A stretch of 42,132 nt of DNA from Pseudomonadota bacterium (GCA_043820105.1 JBDREC010000088.1:62001-104132); one strand, 5' to 3'; counted from the first letter of the stretch, positions 29,858-40,507 are shown. Notes: a model not told the origin generated them from the sequence alone. A program made the numbers and translations.

Positions 29858-29873
29858 TGGCACGATTCTTCCA
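29858..29873 (+). promoter_or_regulatory. Possible sigma54 promoter with a non-canonical -12 element
   Basis: TGGCACGATTCTTCCA: perfect -24 box, CC in place of GC. Confidence 0.45.
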
Positions 29874-29921
29874 TATAAGCATATACTAATTAGGTTAATA
29901 AAAAAGAAGGTAACAAACACA

Positions 29922-30275
29922 ATGCAAAGCTTAAGTTTTAAAAGATTATTTCTAATCGTACTTTTCACAATTCTTGGTTCATTTCTATATTCACTAAATG
30001 CATATTCGTCTGAGATTGGAATTTTAGCCAAAAATAAAATCGAGCAACATGTAAAAATCATTGAAAATAAGACTTCTATAGAAAAACTTGCCTTTTATGA
30101 TAAAGATATATCGACATATAAAGACATCATGAAATTCATAGCAAGGGCAACTGATAATTTAAATGGCTTGGCCCTGGCTTATGATAATAAGCAAATCCTT
30201 TTCAAACCAGCACTCGTTGAAAGAAATGATAAAGTTCATTTGAATTTAGCAGTATTATTTTCTTATAGAATATAG
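29922..30275 (+). CDS. Small hypothetical exported protein
   Basis: Start moved to ATG 29922; signal peptide MQSLSFKRLFLIVLFTILGSFLYSLNA. Confidence 0.6.
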   Translation: MQSLSFKRLFLIVLFTILGSFLYSLNAYSSEIGILAKNKIEQHVKIIENKTSIEKLAFYDKDISTYKDIMKFIARATDNLNGLALAYDNKQILFKPALVERNDKVHLNLAVLFSYRI

Positions 30276-31022
30276 TTACTTCGTCTTCCTATCTTTCGGA
30301 AACAGCTTATCAACAATTGATCGCTTAATTGGCTCTTCTCCGACCAAAACCCTCAAATTATTCTTAGCAGTATGATTATCTTCCCATAAATCCAGGGCTG
30401 TAGAGTAACTTTTAATGGCATCATTATGCCTTAGAAGATGTCTTTGAATCATTCCGAGATTTGTATAACTTACTGATAATCTTCGATAAGTTTCGACTTG
30501 AGCAATTTCAATCTCTTCGATTCTCTTATTTCTGAATTTTTCAATATCTTTGCCTTTGAAAGCTTCGTCATTTGGCTGGAAATCACCCTTTATTAGATTG
30601 TAAATATCATTTTTTGCTACTTCCCCATAAGTTTTTAGCCATTTTACATAGATTGCAATGCTTTTTAAAGCAAAATCATGTGCTTTTTGTAGATATTCAC
30701 TTTTTTCTTCTTCTGACTTTTGTTCATAAATTGCTAGCATCAAATTTGCGGATGCAAAATTATTATAAATAATTCCAATTTCATATGACTCAGAATAAGA
30801 TGGATATTGCAGATAGATTTCTTCAAGCTTTTGCAATAAAGCAAAACCCAAATTATAGTCCTTATTATTTATGAGCTTATCATATTCTGAAAGCAATTTC
30901 CTTGCTTCAAACACTCTTGGATCTTCATAGGCATTTTTACTTTCATAGTAAAAATAAATTATTACTAAACCTATGATAGAAAAAATAAAAATAAGAGAAA
31001 ATAATATGGTTTTATTAAGCAT
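30276..31022 (-). CDS. Membrane-anchored TPR protein
   Basis: N-terminal TM helix; SYTNLGMIQRH...AIKSYSTALDL..DNHTAKNNL TPR pattern. Confidence 0.8.
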   Translation of the reverse strand: MLNKTILFSLIFIFSIIGLVIIYFYYESKNAYEDPRVFEARKLLSEYDKLINNKDYNLGFALLQKLEEIYLQYPSYSESYEIGIIYNNFASANLMLAIYEQKSEEEKSEYLQKAHDFALKSIAIYVKWLKTYGEVAKNDIYNLIKGDFQPNDEAFKGKDIEKFRNKRIEEIEIAQVETYRRLSVSYTNLGMIQRHLLRHNDAIKSYSTALDLWEDNHTAKNNLRVLVGEEPIKRSIVDKLFPKDRKTK

Positions 31023-31042
31023 AAAAATAATAAGTTAAAATT

Positions 31043-32728
31043 TTAGCTGTGAACTTGTTCAACAAGGAGTTTTCTGATTTCAAGTGGTGTTTCTTTTCCA
31101 AATCTAGAAAAAACAATATTGAATAAAATTGCAAGTGGTGCACCAATCCATGCAAAATACCATGCATTTAACCAATAAGTAATAAAATCATTAAATGGTA
31201 AAACCACGCCAAATTTATTTGCAATAAAGTAGGTTAAAGAAATAAGTGAAACTCCGATTCCTACTGAAAGTCCAGCAATAGCACCTGTTTTATTTGAACC
31301 TGTCCACCAAATTCCAAGTAGGAACAGTGGGAAAATTGTACAACCAGCTAAAGAAAAAGCAACAGCAACTAATTGAGCAATCAAAGCAAGTTTCATAAGT
31401 GCAACGACTGCAACTGAAACCGCCATAAGAATTGTACCAACTCTAGCCATTAATAATTGCTTCTTTGCTGATGCATCAGGATTAAATACTTTAACATATA
31501 AATCATGAGAAAAGGCAGAAGCTCCTGCTACGAGCAAACCCGAAACCGTTGAAAATGCAGCTGACACACCACCTGCTGCTAAAAAGCCAACAATCAGAGG
31601 ATGAATTTTTCCAAGTTGAGCGGTGTAAACAACAATTGCATCTTTAGCGAGGACTCCAACATCTGGATTTGCTGACAATATTTTTCCAAACGCTGAATAA
31701 ATTGGAGCAGACCAATATAATAAACAAATAAAGAAAAGTCCCCAAACAACTGACCATCTGGCGTCATTTGCTTTTGGCACAACATAAAATCTTTGAATAA
31801 CATGAGGAAGTCCAGCAGTTCCAACCATTAAGGAAAAGCTTGTTGCCATCCATTGAAAAAATGTGCTTCCGGTTGCAGGATCCCAGGGCATAGCAAACTC
31901 AGGGCATGGCACAATTGCAAAATCATGCCCATACGAATTCACCAGAGCGACCGCGTCCGCCAGATTTGGGGCCGGGATTCCTGTAACAATGTCAGAAACA
32001 ATGCTTCCATAACCAATTTGAGGAATTATCCAGAAATAATCATATTTAAAGGTAAGCATAAAAAGTGGAATCAAAAAGGATATAATGATGATTACATATT
32101 GAATCTGCATGTTTTTGGTAACACCAAGCATACCTGAAATCAGTGTATAACAAAGCACAACTGAGGCTCCTATTAAAACTGCCCAGGTATAGTCAACACC
32201 AAGTACCCATTTAAACATAAGACCGATTCCACCGAACTGTCCAACACAATAGGCAAAGGAGATGAAAATCGCAACAACAGCACCAGTTGCCCTCAGACCC
32301 TGAGAATAATATCTATCGCCAATAAAATCAGGGGCAGTATATTTTCCGTATTTTCTAATTTGGCCAGCCATTAATATTAATAATAAAACATAGCCGCCAG
32401 TCCAACCAACGACATATGATAAGCCATGATAACCGTAACCATACATGATTGCTGCCATTCCCAGAAAAGATGCAGCACTCATCCAGTTTGAAGCAATAGC
32501 CATACCTGAGCCAACTCTGGATATCTTTCTTCCTGCAGCCCAATAGTCGCCAGTGTCTTTTGCCTTATTTAAAATACCAACTAAAACAAAAAGACAGAGA
32601 ATTGAAATAAGAATAATAGCAGGGCCTACCTTAAAGCCTCCTTCAAGCTTAGTGGCACTTGCAAAGCTTAGGCTGGGTATTACTAATAAAGTAAAAATTA
32701 TATAATATAACTTATTAAATTTAGTCAT
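31043..32728 (-). CDS. Sodium:solute symporter, ActP-like
   Basis: GMAIASNWMSAASFLG, GKYTAPDFIGDRY, LMVGTAGLPH, AAFSTVSGLL. Confidence 0.92.
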   Translation of the reverse strand: MTKFNKLYYIIFTLLVIPSLSFASATKLEGGFKVGPAIILISILCLFVLVGILNKAKDTGDYWAAGRKISRVGSGMAIASNWMSAASFLGMAAIMYGYGYHGLSYVVGWTGGYVLLLILMAGQIRKYGKYTAPDFIGDRYYSQGLRATGAVVAIFISFAYCVGQFGGIGLMFKWVLGVDYTWAVLIGASVVLCYTLISGMLGVTKNMQIQYVIIIISFLIPLFMLTFKYDYFWIIPQIGYGSIVSDIVTGIPAPNLADAVALVNSYGHDFAIVPCPEFAMPWDPATGSTFFQWMATSFSLMVGTAGLPHVIQRFYVVPKANDARWSVVWGLFFICLLYWSAPIYSAFGKILSANPDVGVLAKDAIVVYTAQLGKIHPLIVGFLAAGGVSAAFSTVSGLLVAGASAFSHDLYVKVFNPDASAKKQLLMARVGTILMAVSVAVVALMKLALIAQLVAVAFSLAGCTIFPLFLLGIWWTGSNKTGAIAGLSVGIGVSLISLTYFIANKFGVVLPFNDFITYWLNAWYFAWIGAPLAILFNIVFSRFGKETPLEIRKLLVEQVHS

Positions 32729-32751
32729 TTCTGATTACCTCCATTTGTAAC

Positions 32752-33417
32752 TTAAGCATCATCGTGTGCTGAATATTTTTTATTTATTTTATCTGTTGCT
32801 TTACAATATATAAAACAAAGCGCTACAAAGAGAATTAACAAAAATTCAGCTGTATACCAATAATGAAAAGGAAATCCCAAAAACCTGGTATCAGTTAAAA
32901 ATGATTGGTAATGTGTTAAGTATAGATTCATAATAGAAGGAACAGCACTCATACTCTCTTGGCAAAGCTCCTTAGACACATTTGTTATTATAAAAAAAGG
33001 CAAAAGCTTCACTTCTAAACTATCCTGTTTTAAATTTAAAGCTTGGGCAAGAGCCACAGAGTCTTTAGGATTTAATGATGGATCTAATTTGTAAAGCTCA
33101 TAAGAAAGCACTTTAGAAAGCGTTTCTTTATGTTCTTTTTTAATAGATTTTCCCATAACAGCGATTAAGGACTTAATAAAAACCTGCTGATCTGCAACTG
33201 TTGCCTGTCCACTTTCAACAGAGGACCAAACAGAATTAAAAGCAACAAGTGTTTTTTCCTGAACTGGTTTTTCAATAACTTTTAATAGAATCTGAAATCC
33301 AAAAATAGCGAAAGCCCAAATTAAAACCATTATAATAATCATCCTGGTGTTTGCTTTTGCTCGATCAGTTGTAGGTCTAAAAAAACTGATCCTTACATCT
33401 TGATTTTGTTCCGACAT
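32752..33417 (-). CDS. DUF4212-like symporter small subunit with a large internal insertion
   Basis: N-terminal N...I..MVLIWA..IFG helix and C-terminal FLGFPFHYW...FVALCFIY....DK motif; lies directly upstream of the symporter. Confidence 0.75.
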   Translation of the reverse strand: MSEQNQDVRISFFRPTTDRAKANTRMIIIMVLIWAFAIFGFQILLKVIEKPVQEKTLVAFNSVWSSVESGQATVADQQVFIKSLIAVMGKSIKKEHKETLSKVLSYELYKLDPSLNPKDSVALAQALNLKQDSLEVKLLPFFIITNVSKELCQESMSAVPSIMNLYLTHYQSFLTDTRFLGFPFHYWYTAEFLLILFVALCFIYCKATDKINKKYSAHDDA

Positions 33418-33539
33418 TTTTACTCCTAATTAATATATACTTAAAAAAGGACGAAATTTCCTAACCTAGTAAAAATGTGGAGTCAATGAGAAAAAATTGG
33501 CGGGCAAGTATTGGCAAAAAAGGGATAGGCACTTTTTGA

Positions 33540-36095
33540 CTATGCCTTTAAAAAGTCGAAATCAAGTTTGCTTTGGAAGTTTGAAATTTGGGAAAAGCTA
33601 TTTTGAAGCATTACTCTTTCCATGTGAGTTAAGCGGGATAGATGAATATTATTATTGGGTTTTTCACCCTCATTCATTTTTCTTGCTTGTTTTGCAAACC
33701 TAACTTGCATCAAATAATTATAAACCTGCATAGCTTCTTGATAATCTGTTTTGTTTAATGCACCTTTTTCAAAAAGTTTTTCAAGTCTGTTAATTGTGTT
33801 TGTTTGAAATATATTATTTTGAAGAGCATAAATCCGTGCATATTCTATCAAAGGTCTTATTGCCTTTTTAATATTAAAGATTTCCTCATTATCCTCACTT
33901 TTTTCAGCTGAGATTTTCCCAAAAATATTTAAAGGTGGCTTTGAAAGCATTGCATTTGTAGCGAGGTTTCGAAAAAATGTATTATTTGCCTTTAGTTTAT
34001 CAGAAATAGTATTTTTAATTTCTTCAATAAATTCATCATTTCCGTATATGCACCTAAAATCAAAGAATATGCTTAATTGTAACAAATCTTTTGGATCGGA
34101 ATTTTCGATCCATTTGCTAAAATATTCTTTCCATACAGAAATTGGCTGGCACCAATTTAAATTTTTAGCCATTATTTCACCTGTGCAAAATGAATAGCCA
34201 GCTTTATCTAAATTAGTGCAAACAAGCTCACCTAATTTTAAAAAATAATTTTGATAAGCTTCTGGATTTTCGGTTGAATCATCATAAATAAAAGCATTAT
34301 CCTGGTCTGTAACAAGGGTTTGCTCCTGGCGACCTTCGCTTCCCAAAGCTATGAAAGCAAAGTCGCATGGAGCATTGCCAAGCTCAGCTATTGCAAACTT
34401 AATTAATTTTACTGTAATTGAATCTGATATGGTTGTTATAATTCTTGTTATGTTTTTTGACATGGCTCCTGATTCAATTAAAGTTTTTACGAGCATTGGA
34501 AGTTGCTTATGATAATCAACAATTTCAGCAACTGTTTTTGCTTTCTTTATTTCTTGAAGTAAAATTGTTGGTGAATATGATTTTAGTTTTAAAAGCTCCT
34601 TGTTTTCTAAAACACTTAAAATTTCATTACTATCACTTTTAACAACAATATGACCTATGTTATTTTCCTGCATTTTAATAGATGCTTCAAAACTTAGAGC
34701 TCTGTCTGAAATTGAGATAAGGGGGGTTGAAGCAAGCCCAGCTATGCTTGAATTTAAATTCAAACTTTGTGAAAATATTTTATTTCTAAAATCTTTATCA
34801 GTAACAATTCCAATATAATTTTCTTCTTTATCCTTAATTAAAATCGAGCTTTTATCCATTTTCTTCATAAGCTCAGCAGTTTCCTTGATTGAAGCTGATG
34901 AAGCAATTTCAATAAAGTCTTCAAAAAAATCTTTAACAGGTTTATTAAGATATAAAAGCTCTGTCTGAAGCTGAGATAATATCTCATCTCTTTGTCTATC
35001 TATCTTTCTTTGTTCAACTTGCTTATTAAGACTAAGGTCCTTAAAATTCATGACAATTGTATTTTTTCCATGAAAAACGATCTTTGAGGTATTGAGAATT
35101 ACAGGAACTTCAGCGAAATCTTTCTTTTTAAGTATGACTTCATAATCATTAAAAAGTTCTTTATTTGAATTTCCTTTTAAAAAGGCATCCAAGTTCTTTC
35201 GCCAAATTTTGCTGTCTTCATATTCTGTCACAATGATGTCATCAATTGTAAGTAAATTAAATTCACTTCGACTGTAATCTAAAAGCTCAAGCAAGGTTTG
35301 GTTTGGGTAAAGGTTTTTGCCATCAAGCAAAATCATCGTTCCTTCTGATGAAACGCTAGCCAGTGCTTTATATTTTTCCTTTGATTCTTTAAGCTTAATT
35401 TCTGCCTCAAGTTTTTTGCTTTCAATTGAAAAACTTTGCTTCATTATGAACAATAAAAATAAGGCAAGGCTTAAGCAAATTAGACCTGAAATATTAACAA
35501 GGCTTTTTGTAAGACTTGAAATTTCTAACTTAACATCTTCAATATAAATTCCAGTTCCCACAATCCAATTCCAATCATTAAACCTTTTTACATAAGAAAG
35601 TTTTGGAACAATCTTGTTTGCATCATCCTTCCATTGCCACATGTAATTCACATAGGCCTGACCCTTTTCCTTTGTTGCATTTACAAACTCAACAAAAAAT
35701 TTCTTGCCAGCCTTATCTTCAAAGCTTGACAGGTCCTTTCCATTGAGGTCTTTTCTATAAGGATGCATAATCATTTTTGGGATTAAATCATTTATCCAAA
35801 AATAATCCTTATTTTCATCCCCGTATCTAAGAGCTTCGATTTCTAAGATCGCCATTTGTTGAGCTTTTTTTAATTCTAAATTACCAAGCTTGTTTTCATT
35901 TGAATATTTATTCAAAATCGAAACAGCGCTATTTGTGAGCTGCATTATCATTTCCTGCTTCTTTCTCATAATCATATCTTCATACTTAGGAATAATGATA
36001 TAAAAAATTGAAGAAACGAATAAAACAATGGCAAGTAATGTTGGAAAAATGATCTTAAAAAAGAATCCTTTTAAACTCTTATATTTAGCTGTCAT
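33540..36095 (-). CDS. Membrane sensor: Cache - PAS - CBS pair - DUF294 nucleotidyltransferase-like domains
   Basis: TM-sCache (DYFWIND...MIMHP...PKLSYV...WIVGTGIY)-TM, PAS-like region, CBS (GIVTDKDFR), GSEGRQEQTLVTDQDN NTase motif and DUF294_C. Confidence 0.85.
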   Translation of the reverse strand: MTAKYKSLKGFFFKIIFPTLLAIVLFVSSIFYIIIPKYEDMIMRKKQEMIMQLTNSAVSILNKYSNENKLGNLELKKAQQMAILEIEALRYGDENKDYFWINDLIPKMIMHPYRKDLNGKDLSSFEDKAGKKFFVEFVNATKEKGQAYVNYMWQWKDDANKIVPKLSYVKRFNDWNWIVGTGIYIEDVKLEISSLTKSLVNISGLICLSLALFLLFIMKQSFSIESKKLEAEIKLKESKEKYKALASVSSEGTMILLDGKNLYPNQTLLELLDYSRSEFNLLTIDDIIVTEYEDSKIWRKNLDAFLKGNSNKELFNDYEVILKKKDFAEVPVILNTSKIVFHGKNTIVMNFKDLSLNKQVEQRKIDRQRDEILSQLQTELLYLNKPVKDFFEDFIEIASSASIKETAELMKKMDKSSILIKDKEENYIGIVTDKDFRNKIFSQSLNLNSSIAGLASTPLISISDRALSFEASIKMQENNIGHIVVKSDSNEILSVLENKELLKLKSYSPTILLQEIKKAKTVAEIVDYHKQLPMLVKTLIESGAMSKNITRIITTISDSITVKLIKFAIAELGNAPCDFAFIALGSEGRQEQTLVTDQDNAFIYDDSTENPEAYQNYFLKLGELVCTNLDKAGYSFCTGEIMAKNLNWCQPISVWKEYFSKWIENSDPKDLLQLSIFFDFRCIYGNDEFIEEIKNTISDKLKANNTFFRNLATNAMLSKPPLNIFGKISAEKSEDNEEIFNIKKAIRPLIEYARIYALQNNIFQTNTINRLEKLFEKGALNKTDYQEAMQVYNYLMQVRFAKQARKMNEGEKPNNNIHLSRLTHMERVMLQNSFSQISNFQSKLDFDFLKA

Positions 36096-36936
36096 CTCTA
36101 ACCCCCCTCACAAACGAAGAAAGTTCACTTAAAGTGCTTTTTTTATCTTTGTAATCTGTAAAAGATTCTGGAAATACTTCTAAAGTAATAGCGCCACTAT
36201 AATTATCATTTTTTAATCTTCTAATAAGACATGAAAGCGGCTGGGATCCTTTTCCTGGAAAACGATGTTCCTTTTTAAAAAAATCTGACACATGCAAATG
36301 AATAATTTTATCTTTTAATTTTTCATAATAAACTAAAATATCATGTCCTGTTGTAGCTACATGTGTTGTATCAAAAGTTAGGTGATCAAAGAAAGTAATA
36401 TTTTCAGGCTTGTTTAATGAATAATTTATTTCTTTGCTTCTTAAAAGATAATTTTTAAAGGCTTTGATTGTTTTAAGGCTATCAACCTTTGAAAAATATT
36501 TTTTATATGAATTATTGAAAATTGGAAACATTCCTAAAAAAGGATAAACTTCTGGCATGTTTTCAACTGCTAATTTTATGCTTGTTTCGGCCTGGATTTT
36601 AGGGATATTTTCTTTTTGCCATTTAATTACTTCACAAGCTACCCCAACATGAATAACAACAGTTGAAACATCAAACTCTTTAGCAATTTCTAAAGTTTTA
36701 TAAATCCTTTCCCCAGGATGATTTGGCCACGAATCAATATCCCAAAAGTAAAATGGTTCGTGAATTATCTTAACTGGTTGATTGAATTTATGGGAAATTT
36801 TTTTTATTTCATTAACTGACTTAAGGCTTTTTCCCCAAATAAGCTCTACTCCATCAAATCCTGCTTTGGCTGAAATTTCAAAAATCTCTTCTAGGGGATA
36901 TTTAAAAAGACTGCCTGTAGATAATAATATTTCCAT
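36085..36936 (-). CDS. Sugar phosphate isomerase/epimerase (xylose isomerase-like TIM barrel)
   Basis: GFDGVEL, AVENMP, TFDTTH, HLHVSD...HRFPGKG, TLEV. Confidence 0.85.
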   Translation of the reverse strand: MEILLSTGSLFKYPLEEIFEISAKAGFDGVELIWGKSLKSVNEIKKISHKFNQPVKIIHEPFYFWDIDSWPNHPGERIYKTLEIAKEFDVSTVVIHVGVACEVIKWQKENIPKIQAETSIKLAVENMPEVYPFLGMFPIFNNSYKKYFSKVDSLKTIKAFKNYLLRSKEINYSLNKPENITFFDHLTFDTTHVATTGHDILVYYEKLKDKIIHLHVSDFFKKEHRFPGKGSQPLSCLIRRLKNDNYSGAITLEVFPESFTDYKDKKSTLSELSSFVRGVRDDS

Positions 36937-37177
36937 GAATTAATTAAAAACGAGAAAAGTTTTAATGTCAATTATGTATATAATCAAAGTTGTTGAAATT
37001 CAAGCAAAAATAGACCAAACGCGTCATAACAAAATGTGTTGTCTGAAATCTGTTTTTATAATATTTCAAATGTCCGTCTGACTCTTTTACTAATTTTCTT
37101 GATAAAAAAAACAGCTTTCAATAACCTACTTTTAAAATAAGAACTATGCGAGCGTTCATAAAAAAAAGGAGACTTGA

Positions 37178-37396
37178 ATGAAATTCCTAAAGTACCTTGG
37201 TGTTATTCTTAACATCACCTGCGCGATTCCTGTTGTTTTTTTTCTTACTGTTGGTGGTGAACTTATAACAGTTTATCAGTATGTTGGTTCAGTTTTTCTA
37301 TTTTTCTTTCTTGGACTTAACATATTTTTAATTTTATTTCTGCCTTCTTCTGGCATGAAACCTGTCAGTTCAGACAATAAAAAGCAGCAGAACTAA
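37178..37396 (+). CDS. Small two-TM hypothetical protein
   Basis: AAGGAG RBS; two hydrophobic segments; ends 13 nt before the MATE gene. Confidence 0.55.
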   Translation: MKFLKYLGVILNITCAIPVVFFLTVGGELITVYQYVGSVFLFFFLGLNIFLILFLPSSGMKPVSSDNKKQQN

Positions 37397-37409
37397 AATA
37401 AATTTAATA

Positions 37410-38756
37410 ATGCCAAACAACGACATTGACATAAAAGCAGGCTACAAACAGGTCTTTATCATTGCCTACCCTGTTATGTTTTCAATGATAGCCAACTCCC
37501 TGCACCATTTAACTGACACCTATTTTCTAGGAATGGTAAATTCAGCCCAGCAAGGGGCTTCAGGCCTGGGTGGCACACTCACCTGGACAACCTTTTGTTT
37601 GTTTGTTGGGACTATCAATGTCATTATCACATTCACTTCTCAAAGCTATGGTGCAAAAAAATTTAAAGAATGTGCTAAACCCTTTTGGATTGGAATTTGG
37701 TTTTCTATATTTGCGGGATTTATTACGGCTGGCCTTATACTTTTCTTGCCAGCACTGATCAAACTAATAACTCCTCAAAAAGAAATCATCAGGCCTTTTT
37801 ATCTTTTTACTTCAATAAAACTTGCTGGATCTATATTTGTTTATTTTAATTTTGCTTTTGTTAATTTTTTCAATGGTCTTGGAAAAACTAAAATTCCAAT
37901 GTTTATTGGTATTTTTACAAACCTTTTAAATGTCTTTTTGGACTGGCTTTTGATTTTTGGAAACTGGGGCTTTCCTCGCCTTGAAATCGCTGGAGCCGCC
38001 TGGGGAACCATTATCTCTATTGCCGCTGGAAACATTATTTTATTTTTTATTTTTTCAGCTCCAAAAATGAAGGAGACATTTGCAACAACAAATATCTATT
38101 TTCCTTCGATAAAAGAAATAAAAAGATTTTTAAATATTGGGTTTCCAATTGGCATTCAAATGTGCCTTGGAATGCTAGCCTGGTTTACTTTTTATTCAAT
38201 GATTTCAAATATGGGGGTTGCCCAGCTAGCTGCGAACAGCATTATTTTAACAATTTGCATGGTTTCGTTTATGCCTGGACATGGTCTATCAATCGCTGCT
38301 AACACCCTGGTTGGCAGATATATTGGAGCAGGGAGACTGGACCTTGCCAGACAATCTGCTTATACAGCAATAAAACTGGCCATGATTATAATGTCTCTAG
38401 CTGGTCTATGTTTTCTATTATTCAGACAGCAATTAATGGAATTATTTTCAAAAGATCCTGAAGTTATTTATTATGGATCAAAAATTTTAATGATAGCAGC
38501 AGCCTTTCAGATAGCTGACGCGATTCAAGGAACAACTTCAGGAGCCCTAAAGGGCGCTGGTGACACCAAATACCCCATGTATCTTTCTATAATATTTGCC
38601 TGGACCATATTTGTTCCTTTTATTTATATATTTGGATTTGTTTTTGGATATGGAGTCATAGGAGCGTGGTTTTCAACCTTTATATACTTTACCCTTCTTG
38701 CAATCAGCTATTTACTAAGATTTAAAAATGGTCCATGGGAGAAGATTAAGATTTAA
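37410..38756 (+). CDS. MATE family efflux transporter
   Basis: About 12 TM helices; NVFLDWLLIFGNWGFPRLEIAGAAWGT, GALKGAGDT. Confidence 0.93.
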   Translation: MPNNDIDIKAGYKQVFIIAYPVMFSMIANSLHHLTDTYFLGMVNSAQQGASGLGGTLTWTTFCLFVGTINVIITFTSQSYGAKKFKECAKPFWIGIWFSIFAGFITAGLILFLPALIKLITPQKEIIRPFYLFTSIKLAGSIFVYFNFAFVNFFNGLGKTKIPMFIGIFTNLLNVFLDWLLIFGNWGFPRLEIAGAAWGTIISIAAGNIILFFIFSAPKMKETFATTNIYFPSIKEIKRFLNIGFPIGIQMCLGMLAWFTFYSMISNMGVAQLAANSIILTICMVSFMPGHGLSIAANTLVGRYIGAGRLDLARQSAYTAIKLAMIIMSLAGLCFLLFRQQLMELFSKDPEVIYYGSKILMIAAAFQIADAIQGTTSGALKGAGDTKYPMYLSIIFAWTIFVPFIYIFGFVFGYGVIGAWFSTFIYFTLLAISYLLRFKNGPWEKIKI

Positions 38757-40348
38757 TGAGTAACAGTAAAGTCAATCTCCTGATCAAGGGAAATTAAGCT
38801 AGGTTCAAGTGATAAACCGTAACTATCAGCCATATCTTCCAAGGTAACATGATCAACAGCATCAAGCAAGGTTTGATATGAGGAATCAACCTCTTCTTCA
38901 TTTCCGCTTAAATCAAATGACAATGGATTTTGGTAAAGCAGGTAATTGTAACCACAAGTATCACTATTAGCCAGTTCATTTTCCGAATCCTCACAAATTT
39001 CTTCAAAATAATTGACAAGGTCAGTGCGCACTTCCTCCCAATATTGATCGAATGTAAGCGAATCCTGCAAACTGCCCTCTAAATCAATCCCCCTGTCACA
39101 AAAATCATAACTTGTTGAAATTGAAGCAGCACTAAAATCAGCATTTGTAGTCTCACAAATATTTGCAGAAGTAACTTGCCAAACAGTCCAATTTTCACTT
39201 CCTTCAGTAGCACTATAGTCTTCAAAAATATCTGCACTTTCGTCCAGGCCCGATGAAACCAGGTTTTCAAGATCGTAAAATTCTCCATAATTCATGATAA
39301 GATAATTTTCATCAAGGTCTATAATGCTATTTGTAATGTATGCTGTCTGATATGAAGAGTTACCAATAAAATAAGTCTGCTTCGCATACCTCATTGTTTT
39401 GGCAGCTTCATCAGTTGGATTACTTATTTCAAGATAATTGTTTGAATAGCCGGTTGTATCATCTGTTGATAGGTCAAAAAGCTTTTTGAAAGTTATTTTA
39501 CCATCTGTTGCTTTTGTAAAGGACAAACTAGAGAGCGTTAAATATGTAGTTTCAACAAAATCATTGGCTAAAATTTCTGAATTTTTATCTTTTAAAGAGG
39601 AATATGTATAAGAAGTCAGATTTCCGCTTGAATTAATATTAAACAAGAAATTTGTAACCTGCTGATAATAAAATTCTTCCTCTGTGTATGTTGAAATTGA
39701 ATACTGATAGGTGTCGCTGGAAGATAATGATAAAACAATAAGCTGAGGATAATTCTGACTAATTACATTATCAAAACTATCGTCAACTTCAATATAAATA
39801 GAATCACCAGTTATTGGGCCATAATCTGCCATAATTACATCTATATCATAATAAAATAATAAATGAACCAGCTCAAGCCACTCCTCATTTACTTCTTCTA
39901 TGCTTTCACCTAAAAAACCCCATGCAGGATCTGTAATATAAGGCCAAAAATTATCCCCATATAAAAAATTCAAATTGCCGTTTGTTGTAGCCAGCTCACT
40001 ATCATTAACCGGAAAAGGAAAACTTTCACCCTCATGCAAAGACGAAAAATCAGAACTTGAAATATTTACCCTTGCATATTCAATAGTTGTTGTTGAATTA
40101 GTGCTGTCATCATCAGAAGTTTCATCAGATTCAGACTCTGTTTCTGTATCAATAGATGCAGCATCTCCACCTTCAGCTGTACTACCATCTGTTGATTCTT
40201 CTCCAGCATTGTCACCTGAATCACCAGAACCCTGGTCACTATTACTAGGCCCATTTCCATTGTCAGCAGTCAAACAAGAATTAAAAATAAACAGTGAAAA
40301 TATAATTATTAGAACTAAATATAGGATTTTTTTGAATAAACTTAACAT
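38753..40348 (-). CDS. Acidic Ser/Thr/Asp-rich lipoprotein of unknown function
   Basis: Lipobox IFNSC, low-complexity acidic linker; start ATG 40348 or GTG 40354. Confidence 0.7.
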   Translation of the reverse strand: MLSLFKKILYLVLIIIFSLFIFNSCLTADNGNGPSNSDQGSGDSGDNAGEESTDGSTAEGGDAASIDTETESESDETSDDDSTNSTTTIEYARVNISSSDFSSLHEGESFPFPVNDSELATTNGNLNFLYGDNFWPYITDPAWGFLGESIEEVNEEWLELVHLLFYYDIDVIMADYGPITGDSIYIEVDDSFDNVISQNYPQLIVLSLSSSDTYQYSISTYTEEEFYYQQVTNFLFNINSSGNLTSYTYSSLKDKNSEILANDFVETTYLTLSSLSFTKATDGKITFKKLFDLSTDDTTGYSNNYLEISNPTDEAAKTMRYAKQTYFIGNSSYQTAYITNSIIDLDENYLIMNYGEFYDLENLVSSGLDESADIFEDYSATEGSENWTVWQVTSANICETTNADFSAASISTSYDFCDRGIDLEGSLQDSLTFDQYWEEVRTDLVNYFEEICEDSENELANSDTCGYNYLLYQNPLSFDLSGNEEEVDSSYQTLLDAVDHVTLEDMADSYGLSLEPSLISLDQEIDFTVTH

Positions 40349-40443
40349 ATCCACCTCTCCCCTTGTATATATTTCTTCGAAAAAAGTTATACCCTATTAA
40401 AACAAAAAGCCTTTTTATTATATCAAAGACTTATTGGAAAATA

Positions 40444-40459
40444 TGTGCATTTGATCACA
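40444..40459. promoter_or_regulatory. CRP/FNR-like box
   Basis: TGTGC-N6-TCACA, one mismatch to TGTGA-N6-TCACA, upstream of the lipoprotein gene. Confidence 0.35.
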
Positions 40460-40507
40460 ATACTCATTATTATAGTATAATTTTGAAAGAAAATTAAGAA
40501 ATTTTTT

